64,000 nucleotides of DNA from an uncultured Planctomycetaceae bacterium (GCA_964607575.1 CAZSLS010000008.1:9799-73798), one strand, 5' to 3'; counted from the first letter of the stretch, positions 44,563 to 54,427 are shown. Program-made: numbers and translations. Notes: generated from the letters alone by a model not told the origin.

Positions 44563-45704
44563 AGGTTGCACTGGTAATAGAACGGATGGACCCCCTCCGA
44601 GGCGGGCGGGAGACCTCGACCGCCCAGGTAGCCGCCGAGCTTGCCCGCTGCGGATGCGGCGTTACGATCGTCTGCCAGTCCGGTCGGTGGGAGTCACCCG
44701 GCGTCGATGTCCGCCAGGTCGGCGCCAAGGGAACCTCACGCGTGAGCCGATTGCGAAACTTCGCCGCCGACGTCGCCCGGGCGATCGAGGGGCAGGGCTT
44801 TGACATCGTCCATGCCACGCTGCCTATACCGCAGGCGAACGTTTACCAGCCTCGCGGCGGGACCGTGCCCGCACAGATCGCTGCCAGCCTGCGGAGACGA
44901 TCCGCCCCAAGCCGCCTCCTGCGGCGGATCACCGAACCGTTTAACGCCTGTCGCCGTCGGATGGCCGCCTTCGAACGCGATCTGCTGACAGGCGGGCGGG
45001 CGATTTGCCTCTGCGTCAGCCAAATGGTCAAGGACGAATGCTTCAGCTACTACGGCCTGACCGATGGCGTCGAGATGGTCTACAACTGCGTTGACGCTCC
45101 CGCCGGCGATACCAGGGACGACGATCGTTCGCGGATCAGGGGCGATATTGGCGCCGCGGCGGACGATCCGGTATTTCTGACCGTCGCGACAAATTTTGAA
45201 CTGAAGGGCATTGCCCGGGGGATCGAGGCCTTCGCCCGGTGGCGCGGCGATTCGGGACGTGACGGTTCGCGCCTGGTGGTTGTCGGTCGCCGGTCGCCCG
45301 ATCGCTACATCAAGCTGGCGGCAGATTGCGGTGCAGGCGACGCGGTAGTCTTCGTACCGCCGAGCGAAGAGATATTCCAATGGTATGCAGCCGCCGACGC
45401 GGTGATACTCCTGAGCTGGTACGATCCGTGCAGCCGGGTGGTGTTGGAAGCCGCCCGCTGGTCGATACCGTCGATCACGACGAGGTTCAACGGTGCGGCT
45501 GAGGCGTTCGGCGACGGTGGATGTATCGTGGTGGACTCCCCGTTGGACAGCGGTGCTATTGTGGCCGGTATGGCGGTGATGGCCGATCCGGTCACGCGAC
45601 AGAAACATTCCGAGGCCTGCGGGGCTCTTGGCGACTACCTCGGCGTCGAAAGGCACGTTAAGGAATTGATCGACGCATACGGCCGTGCGCCGAAAATAAA
45701 ATAA
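44559..45704 (+). CDS. GT4-family glycosyltransferase (LPS core-type context)
   Basis: MKVALVIERMDPLRGGRETSTAQVAAELARCG ... C-terminal SWYDPCSRVVLEAARWSIPSITT. ATGA overlap with the kinase gene. Confidence 0.8.
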   Translation: MKVALVIERMDPLRGGRETSTAQVAAELARCGCGVTIVCQSGRWESPGVDVRQVGAKGTSRVSRLRNFAADVARAIEGQGFDIVHATLPIPQANVYQPRGGTVPAQIAASLRRRSAPSRLLRRITEPFNACRRRMAAFERDLLTGGRAICLCVSQMVKDECFSYYGLTDGVEMVYNCVDAPAGDTRDDDRSRIRGDIGAAADDPVFLTVATNFELKGIARGIEAFARWRGDSGRDGSRLVVVGRRSPDRYIKLAADCGAGDAVVFVPPSEEIFQWYAAADAVILLSWYDPCSRVVLEAARWSIPSITTRFNGAAEAFGDGGCIVVDSPLDSGAIVAGMAVMADPVTRQKHSEACGALGDYLGVERHVKELIDAYGRAPKIK

Positions 45705-46381
45705 TGATCGAGAATCCCTACATCCTGTTGATTGCGTTTCCGCTGACAGCCTACGTTATCGGCGCCACTCCGTTCGGTCCGATACTCGCGCGGTTTCACG
45801 GCGTGAATCTCCGCAAGCACGGTTCGGGCAATGTTGGGGCTACGAATGTCGGGCGGACGCTCGGGCGGCGGTGGGGGATGCTTTGCTTCTCTCTGGACGT
45901 ACTTAAAGGTCTCGTGCCCGTGCTGCTGGCGAGGTTGCTGGGGCCCGCGGTGACATCCGGAGCGGCGCCTTCGCAGTTGAGTCAGTTCGCATGGTTGGCG
46001 GCGGGCTTCGGGGCGATACTCGGGCACGTTATGAGTTTCTGGTTGGGGTTTCGGGGTGGTAAGGGGGTGGCTACCTCGCTGGGAGTTGTGTTGGGAACGT
46101 TCCCGTACTTCACCTTCGCCGGACTCGCCGCGCTGGGGATATGGGTGATTGTCGTGCTGACCACCCGTTACGTTTCGCTAGCCAGCATCGTTGCGGTGGT
46201 GGTATTCGTGTTGGCGTTCGCGGGGATAAACTGGTTCGCACTGGGCCTGACACCTCGCGACCTCTGGCCGCTGGGTTCGTTCGCATCCGCCATGGCGGCG
46301 CTCATCATCTACCTGCACCGGGGCAATCTCGGGCGACTGCTCGCCGGTACGGAATCCAAGGTGAACATTCGCAGTTCGTAG
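45704..46381 (+). CDS. plsY: Glycerol-3-phosphate acyltransferase PlsY
   Basis: YVIGATPFGPILARFHGVNLRKHGSGNVGATNVGR, LDVLKG and FRGGKGVATSLG are hallmark PlsY motifs. Confidence 0.9.
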   Translation: MIENPYILLIAFPLTAYVIGATPFGPILARFHGVNLRKHGSGNVGATNVGRTLGRRWGMLCFSLDVLKGLVPVLLARLLGPAVTSGAAPSQLSQFAWLAAGFGAILGHVMSFWLGFRGGKGVATSLGVVLGTFPYFTFAGLAALGIWVIVVLTTRYVSLASIVAVVVFVLAFAGINWFALGLTPRDLWPLGSFASAMAALIIYLHRGNLGRLLAGTESKVNIRSS

Positions 46382-46402
46382 ACGCCGCTTCTACGTTACG
46401 CC
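46377..46402. repeat. Collapsed copy of the 33877..33930 element
   Basis: cgtagacgccgcttctacgttacgcc equals the two ends of the 33.9-kb element (cgtagacgc + cgcttctacgtt(t)acgcc) with the internal ~35 nt missing. It sits between the convergent stops of plsY and the thioesterase gene. Confidence 0.55.
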
Positions 46403-46794
46403 ATAACATCCGCGAGCCACGCCGGCGGTCTGATCGGTTTGCCTTCGGCGTTGACGATGGCGTGTACGGTATAACCGCTTGCCACCCGGTCGCCCGAGAC
46501 GTGGGCGATGGTGACGTCAAATCGCATGCTGGCTTTTCCGGCCATTGCGGCTGTGGTGATAAGTTCGAGTTGATCGTCGTATCTCGCCCGCCCGTGAAAT
46601 TCCACGTGCGCTTCGACGAGCGGAAGCAGCGCGCCGCGCAGTTCCATTTCGGCGTACGGTATGCCCGCCTGCCTGAGCCAGTCGGTTCGCCCGACTTCAA
46701 ACCACTCCAGTGCGCGGGAATTGTAGAACGTCCCCATCTGGTCGGTTTCGCTGTATCGAACGCGGAGTTTTGTCGTGCTCTTTTCAGGAGGCAT
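46396..46794 (-). CDS. Acyl-CoA thioesterase, YbgC/4HBT hotdog family
   Basis: RVRYSETDQMGTFYNSRALEWFEVGRTDWL, 132 aa. Confidence 0.8.
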   Translation of the reverse strand: MPPEKSTTKLRVRYSETDQMGTFYNSRALEWFEVGRTDWLRQAGIPYAEMELRGALLPLVEAHVEFHGRARYDDQLELITTAAMAGKASMRFDVTIAHVSGDRVASGYTVHAIVNAEGKPIRPPAWLADVMA

Positions 46795-46828
46795 GATCGG
46801 GTCCTTGTATCAGATCGCGCCAGGGCGA

Positions 46829-47599
46829 TCAAGCGTCCAAAACGCCTCGCCTGGCGGAGTTCAGTACTTTCGACAGGGCGTCGGCGTGTTTCCATGCCTC
46901 GAATCGCCACCAGCCGCTCATGTCGTCGGGCGGGGGGACCGCCGCGGCGATCTCGCTGTCGCTCTTGCCCGATGCCGCCAGTTCCGCGACGGTTTCGAGA
47001 AGGTAATCGAAGTACTCCACCCATCGCACCAACTCCCCCGTACCACATACCGGTCCGTGCCCGGGGACCACAATTGATGCGTCGAATTCGATCAGCCGCG
47101 CATAAGTATCCCGTAGGCGCCGGCGGAGTTCGCCGTTCAACAGACCGCCCGAGGGGATCAGGCCCCATCCGAATATGTCGCCCGCGAACAGGACGCTATC
47201 GTCCGGAGCCCAGACCACGCAATCTTCGGCGGTGTGGCATCCGGGCATCGGGATCATGCAAACTTTCCGCCCGGGCGACTCGAACACCCTGCCCGCCGCT
47301 TCGATCGTCGCAGTTCGCTGATTGACGATCTCGGCGTCGAATCGCTCGACGAACGCTCCGTTAAGCGATACGTGGTCGTAGTGCGTGTGGGTGTTCAGTA
47401 CGTAGCGAACCGGCTTGTCGCCGACCGATTTGGCGATCGCGGCTAGCACTTCGCCCTCGAGATGCGCTTCTTCCAGGGCGTCTACGACCAGTATGTACTC
47501 GCCCATATCGCACCAGCCCATATTGTCGATCGCCTGCCGCACGAAGAAACCTTCGCCCGCGGTCACAATCACCGGTGTATCTGTCGGATCGCCTGTCAT
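46829..47599 (-). CDS. MBL-fold metallo-hydrolase
   Basis: ATG at 47599. NTHTHYDHVSLNG (HxHxDH), MPGCHT and PGHGPV. Confidence 0.8.
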   Translation of the reverse strand: MTGDPTDTPVIVTAGEGFFVRQAIDNMGWCDMGEYILVVDALEEAHLEGEVLAAIAKSVGDKPVRYVLNTHTHYDHVSLNGAFVERFDAEIVNQRTATIEAAGRVFESPGRKVCMIPMPGCHTAEDCVVWAPDDSVLFAGDIFGWGLIPSGGLLNGELRRRLRDTYARLIEFDASIVVPGHGPVCGTGELVRWVEYFDYLLETVAELAASGKSDSEIAAAVPPPDDMSGWWRFEAWKHADALSKVLNSARRGVLDA

Positions 47600-47887
47600 T
47601 TTTGCTGTCCTTGGATGAAAAGTATTAAGAAACTCGGTCGAAAGTTTGCGTGAGTATATTCCTAGCCGGCCTGAATGACACAACCGTTATTGGGGGTGTT
47701 GGCTTTGTCGATATTGTTCTCGATCATTTCCGCGGGTCTCCCATTATCTCCGGAGACAGGGATGATTCTACAAATCAAGCGAATCAGGGACACGCAAATA
47801 ATCGCATTTGCGGAGCCCCCGGGGCGGCGACAAGGAATATCCAAAGGGAGCCCCGACGGGGCTCTGGGATATCTTGACATATATACC

Positions 47888-48038
47888 GAGCCCTCCCGAA
47901 GATTATGCAACAAGCCTCCCGGTTCTTGCTAAACCGCAAGCGGTCTGACTCCACACTCATTCGGATTCTATCGTATTCGCCGCTTGCGGCTTAGCGCTTT
48001 TGGGACGCTCGTTGCATAATCTTCTCACGGACGGGTCT
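47888..48038. ncRNA. Candidate rod-like structured RNA or palindromic element (~150 nt)
   Basis: The outer stem gaagattatgcaac (47898-47911) pairs with gttgcataatcttc (48011-48024). The inner 16-bp stem gctaaaccgcaagcgg (47928-47943) pairs with ccgcttgcggcttagc (47980-47995), with one mismatch. There is a ~15/15-nt internal loop and a 36-nt terminal loop. No ORF support. Confidence 0.3.
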
Positions 48039-48112
48039 ACCTTATGTCGGTCCTGACGGACCTGACCTGCCCCCGTGCGCGTTTGAATCCCGCCGTGTAG
48101 CTCTTGGCGCAT

Positions 48113-48154
48113 AAAAAAGTTCCGACAGTCATGGAGTGCATGCGATGTCGGAAC
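48113..48154 (-). terminator. Intrinsic terminator downstream of tRNA-Ser
   Basis: gttccgaca (48119-48127) pairs with tgtcggaac (48146-48154), followed on the minus strand by TTTTTT (48113-48118). Confidence 0.6.
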
Positions 48155-48157
48155 TTA

Positions 48158-48247
<90 letters not shown>

Positions 48248-48587
48248 GGTGGTAAATACCGTCAGTCGTCCCAGACAATCGTCTCGGGCAAACTGCCAGT
48301 ACATGCCCCTTTATATCGGCCCGCGGCGGTGCTGTCAAGACAGGCATTGGCGTGCTCGCTTTCAAACAGTTTACATACGAGCATGGCGCTGACGAGACGC
48401 CGAGCGGATACTACAGCAATAACCAGACTCCCGGGCGGTGTCCCGTCGACCGGTATTAGGGGCCCAGATCCGCGATCCAATGCAAAAAGGTGGAATTGCC
48501 GAAGCTTCGCCGGAAACAGCATGCCTCCATAATACGTGCTGTATCAGGAGATTACAGAATGTTTGCGTGTTTCTATCATTTTTGCAC

Positions 48588-48617
48588 TTGACTTAGAATG
48601 TTAGTTGCGGATATACT
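48588..48617 (+). promoter_or_regulatory. Sigma70-like promoter candidate, TTGACT-18 nt-TATACT
   Basis: TTGACT at 48588-48593 and TATACT at 48612-48617, upstream of the DtxR-FeoA/feoB operon. Confidence 0.4.
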
Positions 48618-48635
48618 TGTTCGTTGTGCCGAACA
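48618..48635. promoter_or_regulatory. Inverted repeat TGTTCG-N6-CGAACA at the predicted transcription start (candidate operator)
   Basis: tgttcg ttgtgc cgaaca lies immediately after the putative -10, a plausible autoregulatory site for the DtxR-like protein. Confidence 0.3.
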
Positions 48636-48736
48636 CTGCGAATCCCGCACCGATGTGTGGAGGTGGTTTGGCGTTCTGTGAGTTTTGTATCGTTGGTGGC
48701 CCCTGCGTGGCAATTGTCGCGGGTAGACTGCCAGAT

Positions 48737-49534
48737 ATGGTGGATATTCAGATGGCAAGTGGATCCGACAAACTCAGTCCGTCACTTGAAGACTACCTTG
48801 AGGCCGTATTGATCCTGGTGCGTCGCGGCAGTGTGGCGCGAGTGCGGGACATAGCGGCGCATCTTGATGTTGGCAAGTCGTCGGTTACCGGTGCGGTGAA
48901 GACACTTGCCAAGCGCGGGCTGGTTAACTACGAACCGTACCAGTTCATAACGTTGACCGATCGCGGGCGGGAACTTGCTGAGGATATTTCGGCAAGGCAC
49001 GTTCTGCTGCGGGAGTTTCTGAGCGATATTCTCGGTCTGGACGAAGAGGCCGCAGAGGCCAACGCCTGTCGTATGGAACATGCCGTCGACGCCGAACTCC
49101 TGGAGCAGTTGGGGAAGTTTTCTGTTTTTGTCCGCGACTGCCCGCGAGCGGGAAAGAGTTGGATCAGAGCGTTTGTCGAGCGCTGCGGGGCAGGCGATGT
49201 GGACGGTGAGGTCTGCGGCCGCTGCGCCGCGGAGATTGACTCAGGCCGCGGAAAAGTTTCTGCGCCGGTCGAGGTTGTTGGTTCCGAACACGGGGATCAG
49301 GCTGCGGCGATGCCCCTGACGATGGCGTCGGTCGGGCAGGAGGTTTGCGTCGCCGAGATCACCGGCACGCGCGAACTTCAGCACCGTCTAGCCGAGATGG
49401 GTCTGACCCCGGGCATGAGGTTCTCGGTTGTCAACAAGGGAAATCCCGGGCCTTTCATTATTTCGGTGAAGGGTTCAAAGCTGATGCTCGGTCGGGGAAC
49501 GGTGCATCGAGTAATGGTGACGGCGGACTCTTAG
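48737..49534 (+). CDS. DtxR/MntR-family metal-dependent regulator fused to a C-terminal FeoA (SH3-like) domain
   Basis: ATG at 48737. LSPSLEDYLEAVLILVRRGSVARVRDIAAHLDVGKSSVTGAVKTLAKRGLV is a winged helix. The linker CPRAGKSW..CGAGDVDGEVCGRCAAE is Cys-rich. The C-terminus VCVAEITGTRELQHRLAEMGLTPGMRFSVVNKGNPGPFIISVKGSKLMLGRGTVHRVMV is FeoA-like. Confidence 0.8.
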   Translation: MVDIQMASGSDKLSPSLEDYLEAVLILVRRGSVARVRDIAAHLDVGKSSVTGAVKTLAKRGLVNYEPYQFITLTDRGRELAEDISARHVLLREFLSDILGLDEEAAEANACRMEHAVDAELLEQLGKFSVFVRDCPRAGKSWIRAFVERCGAGDVDGEVCGRCAAEIDSGRGKVSAPVEVVGSEHGDQAAAMPLTMASVGQEVCVAEITGTRELQHRLAEMGLTPGMRFSVVNKGNPGPFIISVKGSKLMLGRGTVHRVMVTADS

Positions 49535-49561
49535 ACGCCGGATAAAGGATACAGCACTTCG

Positions 49562-52111
49562 ATGTCCCGATTGAACATAGCACTGGCGGGTAATCCCAAC
49601 TCGGGAAAGACCACGATCTTCAATTCGCTGACCGGCGGGCGCCAGCACGTGGGCAACTACCCCGGCGTGACGGTCGAGAAGAAAGAAGGGACGGCCGTTG
49701 TCGGAGGCAGGGAAGTCGATGTCGTCGACCTCCCGGGCACGTACAGCCTGACGGCCTACACGATCGAAGAGATCGTCACGCGGAAGTTCATCATGGAGTC
49801 CGAGCCGGACGTCGTGATCGATATCGTCGATTGTTCGAATCTCGAGCGTAATCTCTATCTCGCCACGCAGTTGCTGGAGTGCGGAGTTCCGCTCGTTCTG
49901 GCGTTCAACAAGAGCGACCTGGCGGAGGCTCGCGGGTTCCATATTGACTGCCCGCGTCTGGCGGATCTGCTGGGCGTACCGATCGTCGAAACGGTGGGCA
50001 CGAGCGGTGCCGGTCTGGACGAACTGCTCGCCAAGGCGCTGGAGGTCGCCGCGGCGGGGAGCGAGGCTGTCGCACAGCAGCGCCTGCCCGATTACGGTAC
50101 GGAACTCGAGCCGCACGTGGTTGAAATGGCCCGTGAAATTGCGACTCGCTGCGGGCTGGAGCGTCACAGCCGCTGGTATGCGCTGAAGCTTCTGGAAGGT
50201 GATAAAGAGACCATCAAGCGCGTCGAGTCTCTGGCGGATGAGGCTCACCGCGAGCAGATCGCCGAGATCATCGCGGAAACCGGTTCGCTACGAAAGCACA
50301 TTGAGGAAGTATGCGGCGATTCGCCGGAAATAGTTTTCGCGGATCGGCGTTATGGCTTCATCTCCGGGGCGTGTACCGAGGCGGTGGTGCAGAGCGTCGA
50401 GGCTCGCCACGACCTTTCCGACCGCATCGACGCGGTGATGACGCATCCGATCATGGGCCTGCCTATATTCATCGCGATGATGTACGTGGTGTTCCAACTG
50501 ACCTTCACCATCGGCGCGTTACCGATGGGTTGGATCGAGAGCGGGTTTGGCTGGTTGTCGGAGAATCTCGCGATGCTTTGGCCCAAGGCCTCCGAGAGCC
50601 TGCTCAAGAGCCTCCTGATCGACGGGATAATAGGCGGCGTGGGCGGCGTGATAGTCTTCCTGCCGAACATCCTGCTGCTGTTCGCGGGGATTGCGATTCT
50701 GGAAGATTCGGGCTACATGGCGCGGGCGGCGTTCGTGATGGACCGGTGGATGCACAAGATCGGTTTGCACGGAAAGAGTTTCATCCCGATGCTGATCGGT
50801 TTCGGTTGTAACGTGCCGGCGATCATGGCCACCCGCACGCTGGAAACGCGCCGCGACCGGATGACCACAATGCTGGTGATCCCGCTGATGAGCTGCGGGG
50901 CGAGGCTGCCGATCTACGCATTGATTATCCCGGCGTTCTTCCCGTCGGCGTGGCACGGGCCGATGCTCTGGACGATGTACCTGATCGGGATCCTGCTGGC
51001 GATTGTCCTGGCAAGATTGCTCAGATCGACCCTGTTCAAGGGCGAGTCGGCGGCGTTCGTGATGGACCTCCCGCCGTACCGCATGCCGACGGTCAAGGGG
51101 CTGGCGGTTCACATGTGGGAGCGATCGTGGATGTACCTCCGCAAGGCCGGTACGGTCATCCTGGGCGTGTCGGTCATAATGTGGGCGCTGGCCGCCTTCC
51201 CGCGAATGTCTTCGGACGAACTTGACGCTAAATACGCCGATCGAACCCAAGCCGCCCAAACGACCTTCACCGCCGGCTTGGACGGCGTGAATAACCTGCT
51301 GGGCCTGGGGGAGGGCTCTTCGGTTGTTGCCAATGCGGTCGAGGCGGAAATGACGCTCGCCGAGGCCGCCGGGGAGTTCTTCGAACACGAGCAGGGGTAT
51401 GTCGACGCCCGGGCCGCCCGAGATGCGACGATCGCATCGCTGCTTGACGGGCCTGACGGCGAGACCCTCAAGCGGTTCATGGATGCTCGCGACCAGATCG
51501 TCGCCGCACGGGAGGCATTTGCCCGGACGGTCGAGGACGAGGAGTTGCAAGGGGGGTCGAGGCAGTATGTGGCGATGGAACTGTACCGCGACAGGGAACT
51601 CGATAAGATCGCCAAAGCCTCCCCGCGGGCCAGCGCTGCCGCGATGAAATATCTCGACGAATCTGTAGGCCCGCTGGCCCAGGCGATGGGCGATATCGAA
51701 AACTCGCAACTGCTGGACCGAACCAGCCAGAGCATACTCGGGCGGATCGGGCGGGGCATTGAGCCCGTGGTCCGGCCGATGGGATTTGACTGGCGGATCG
51801 GTACGGCGCTGTTGGGATCGTTTGCGGCGAAGGAGGTTTTCGTTGCCCAGATGGGGATCGTCTATTCGGTTGGCGAAGGGTCCGATGATTCGGCGACTTT
51901 GCGGAAGAAACTCAGCGATAATTACAGTCCGCTGGTGGGGTTCTGCATAATGCTGTATTGCCTGGTAAGTGCGCCGTGCGTTGCGACGATAGCGGCTACC
52001 TGGCAGGAAAGCGGGCGTCTGCGGTGGGCCCTGGCGCAACTGATAGGCCTGACGCTGCTGGCGTACGTGCTGACGGTGGCGGTGTACCAGATCGGAAGTC
52101 GTCTGGGTTGA
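49562..52111 (+). CDS. feoB: Ferrous iron transporter FeoB
   Basis: G-domain [35 protein letters not shown], followed by a polytopic membrane domain. Confidence 0.95.
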   Translation: MSRLNIALAGNPNSGKTTIFNSLTGGRQHVGNYPGVTVEKKEGTAVVGGREVDVVDLPGTYSLTAYTIEEIVTRKFIMESEPDVVIDIVDCSNLERNLYLATQLLECGVPLVLAFNKSDLAEARGFHIDCPRLADLLGVPIVETVGTSGAGLDELLAKALEVAAAGSEAVAQQRLPDYGTELEPHVVEMAREIATRCGLERHSRWYALKLLEGDKETIKRVESLADEAHREQIAEIIAETGSLRKHIEEVCGDSPEIVFADRRYGFISGACTEAVVQSVEARHDLSDRIDAVMTHPIMGLPIFIAMMYVVFQLTFTIGALPMGWIESGFGWLSENLAMLWPKASESLLKSLLIDGIIGGVGGVIVFLPNILLLFAGIAILEDSGYMARAAFVMDRWMHKIGLHGKSFIPMLIGFGCNVPAIMATRTLETRRDRMTTMLVIPLMSCGARLPIYALIIPAFFPSAWHGPMLWTMYLIGILLAIVLARLLRSTLFKGESAAFVMDLPPYRMPTVKGLAVHMWERSWMYLRKAGTVILGVSVIMWALAAFPRMSSDELDAKYADRTQAAQTTFTAGLDGVNNLLGLGEGSSVVANAVEAEMTLAEAAGEFFEHEQGYVDARAARDATIASLLDGPDGETLKRFMDARDQIVAAREAFARTVEDEELQGGSRQYVAMELYRDRELDKIAKASPRASAAAMKYLDESVGPLAQAMGDIENSQLLDRTSQSILGRIGRGIEPVVRPMGFDWRIGTALLGSFAAKEVFVAQMGIVYSVGEGSDDSATLRKKLSDNYSPLVGFCIMLYCLVSAPCVATIAATWQESGRLRWALAQLIGLTLLAYVLTVAVYQIGSRLG

Positions 52112-52135
52112 TGCGGCGGATGAAAGAGTTGCGGA

Positions 52136-52342
52136 ATGTGGAAGATGTTTGAATCAATAATCGTGCTGGTGGTGATAGGCGTTGCGGCCGCATTTCTGGC
52201 GTGCCGTGCGAAGAAGACCCTCAGCGGCGAGGACGGCTGCGGGTGCGGTAAAGAGAAGAGTTGCGCGGTGAAGTCACTCGATTCGCTGTCCGCCGCCGAC
52301 GCCCCCGAACAAGAAGATGAGGACGATGACGCGGGCGCCTAA
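52136..52342 (+). CDS. FeoB-associated Cys-rich membrane protein
   Basis: One TM segment (IIVLVVIGVAAAFLACRA), then GCGCGKEKSC and an acidic tail. Begins 24 nt after feoB. Confidence 0.6.
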   Translation: MWKMFESIIVLVVIGVAAAFLACRAKKTLSGEDGCGCGKEKSCAVKSLDSLSAADAPEQEDEDDDAGA

Positions 52343-53109
52343 GTCACGTCCCGCCGGATATCGCGCAGGGCGGGGAACTGGTCTCGCCAGCGGTTAAGCG
52401 CGTCGCTGTCGAGCGGCGCGCCGATGACGCACTGATCGTCGCCTGCCCGGGCCAGGACGTTTCCCTGCGGATCGATTATGACGCTACCGCCGGCGTAAGT
52501 GTGGTTCGGATCGGTCCCGCAGCGATTGACGCCGACGACGTATGCCTGGTTTTCGATAGCCCGGGCGCGCAGCAGGCATGCCCAGTGGTCCGAGCGTTGC
52601 GCCGGCCAGTTGGCGATCACCGCGATGAGATCGGCCCCGCCGCCCGCGGCGCTGCGGAACAACTCGGGAAACCGCAGATCGTAGCATATCGCCGGGGCCA
52701 GTTGGAACTTGCCCACGGGGATCACGACCGCCTCATCACCGGGCGTGTAGTGGTCGGCTTCTGACGAGGGCGAGAAGGGATGCATCTTCCAGTAACGCCC
52801 GATAAGCGATCCGTCCGGGGCGAGGAGTACTGCTTCATTGCGGAAAGTCTCGCCGTATCGCCTCGCCAGTCCGCCCAGCAGGTAGACGCCGAATTTGCCG
52901 GCGCTTTCGGACAGGAACGTTGCGGTCGGTCCGTCAGGCGGTTCGGCCAGTGTGGCGGCGTCCATCGAGAAGCCCGTGGAGAACATCTCCGGTAGGACCA
53001 CGAGATCTCCGCGCTGGAGATCTGCCGACGCCAGCAGTTCCGCGATCGCCCGGCGGTTGGCGGGCGGGTCGGACCATACGATATCGAGTTGGATGCACAG
53101 GGCGTTCAT
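52339..53109 (-). CDS. Carbon-nitrogen hydrolase (nitrilase-superfamily, omega-amidase-like)
   Basis: ATG at 53109. VVLPEMFSTGF (catalytic Glu), YWKMHPF (Lys) and LAPAICYDLRFPELF (Cys). Confidence 0.8.
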   Translation of the reverse strand: MNALCIQLDIVWSDPPANRRAIAELLASADLQRGDLVVLPEMFSTGFSMDAATLAEPPDGPTATFLSESAGKFGVYLLGGLARRYGETFRNEAVLLAPDGSLIGRYWKMHPFSPSSEADHYTPGDEAVVIPVGKFQLAPAICYDLRFPELFRSAAGGGADLIAVIANWPAQRSDHWACLLRARAIENQAYVVGVNRCGTDPNHTYAGGSVIIDPQGNVLARAGDDQCVIGAPLDSDALNRWRDQFPALRDIRRDVT

Positions 53110-53249
53110 TGCAAGTCCTGCCCGCCGGGGTGTTTCTACGCGCCGGGGGGATGAGTTAATCTTACCGGCTTTTTTGCTTCTCGGCGATTGGAAACTTACT
53201 TTCCACTTGTTGGAGTAATTCGTTGATATGGAGCAAACAGGGGTTATAC

Positions 53250-53486
53250 ATGGAAGATTCTGTTTCTGGTTTATGGCCCGCCCAGGCCGGCGAAAACAAG
53301 CGCTCAGCGGTATTCGCATACGCATTGTGGATTCAGCACGCTCTGCTCGGTAAGACGATCGCCCCCGTGCCCGACATACAGTGGCAGGAGGCCGTCGGAA
53401 GGCGCCTTCTCACGCCCGCCGAAAAGGCCGCCCGCTGCCGGTACTTCGATCGTAAAGCCCGCGCCGGACTGGCGATGTGCCAATAG
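53250..53486 (+). CDS. Small hypothetical protein (78 aa)
   Basis: GC3-rich codon pattern from ATG 53250 (MEDSVSGLWPAQAG...). No recognisable family. Weak. Confidence 0.35.
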   Translation: MEDSVSGLWPAQAGENKRSAVFAYALWIQHALLGKTIAPVPDIQWQEAVGRRLLTPAEKAARCRYFDRKARAGLAMCQ

Positions 53487-53495
53487 TGCCCGGCG

Positions 53496-54083
53496 TCAGT
53501 TCTCGTCTTTCGATGGTGCTTCTTGACCGACGAACGCCGTCGCGCAGAGTTTGAGACACTGTTCGACCGGCATGTCGAGTTCTTCGATGCATTCCGGTTC
53601 GCAGTAGACGGTTATTCCCCCGAACATGTAGCTGAACGGTAGATAGACCGCCACCGTCCGCCCGCCGCCGGAGTCTTGGGCGAATGGGGGGTTATCGTTG
53701 GTGCGGATACCGAGCATCTTCATGCTCGACCCGCGTGGGGAGTAATGGACAACCTTCCCCATTTTGCCCGCATTTCCGCCGAAGAGTTGAAGCAGGTCGC
53801 GCACCGACTCGTACAGCGTCTTGATCCCGGGGACCCTGGTGACGATTTGTTCCAGCAGCGACCAGACGGCCTGGAACAACCAGAACCGCGTAGCCAGGCC
53901 CACCAGGTAGACCGCCGCGATCAGGACCAGCGCCCCGACCCCCGGCGGAAGGGTGATGTTGGGCAGTATACTGGCGCCAAGTGCGTCCAGGGCGCTGCCC
54001 AACCAGCAGACCACATACACCGTAACCGCCAACGGGACCAGGACCATAACACCGGCCAGAAATATGCCTAGCTGCTTCTTCAT
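53496..54083 (-). CDS. DUF502-family membrane protein
   Basis: ATG at 54083. Two TM segments, then RVPGIKTLYESVRDLLQLF. Confidence 0.7.
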   Translation of the reverse strand: MKKQLGIFLAGVMVLVPLAVTVYVVCWLGSALDALGASILPNITLPPGVGALVLIAAVYLVGLATRFWLFQAVWSLLEQIVTRVPGIKTLYESVRDLLQLFGGNAGKMGKVVHYSPRGSSMKMLGIRTNDNPPFAQDSGGGRTVAVYLPFSYMFGGITVYCEPECIEELDMPVEQCLKLCATAFVGQEAPSKDEN

Positions 54084-54236
54084 GGAGAATCTCCTTACTT
54101 GCCGTCTGGCGTTGTGGGATATTCTACAGTGGACTGCGGGAAGGTGTAGGAAGTTTTCAGATACCAATCCGCCGCGACCCGGCGGGTGTCACATTTGGTT
54201 CACAACGGCAGGTACCAGGTTGATGACCGACGACGC

Positions 54237-54270
54237 GCGAAACCGCAAGCGGTTTTGTGATATATGCGAT
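54237..54270 (+). repeat. Copy 2 of the palindrome-containing intergenic element
   Basis: GCGAAACCGCAAGCGGTTTTGTGATATATGCGAT. The palindrome AACCGCAAGCGGTT is at 54241-54254, and TTGACA follows at 54270-54275. Confidence 0.6.
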
Positions 54271-54427
54271 TGACAGGTTTTTGTGTTCGTTGTACTCGTT
54301 CATTTTTTCAGAAATTTTGTTGGTCGAAACGTAAAATTCTTCCCGCGCGCAAAACTCTCCGAACATCCTGACCGGTCACGTTTTACGCGATTGACATTTC
54401 TGCTGGACAAAAAATCTTTTTGGGGGG

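Noticed and set aside
46141-47325. 394-aa plus-strand ORF
   Set aside because: It spans the antisense of the thioesterase and MBL genes, and the sequence is Arg/Pro-rich without motifs.
48049-48074. CAGGTCAGGTCCG on the minus strand, resembling the SRP (4.5S) RNA domain IV 5' strand
   Set aside because: The GGAA tetraloop and the conserved 3' strand (GGAAGCAGCC-type) are absent. The match is explained by a local cctgac direct repeat.
48262-48522. 86-aa ORF upstream of tRNA-Ser
   Set aside because: No motif, poor codon pattern, and it lies in the likely tRNA promoter region.
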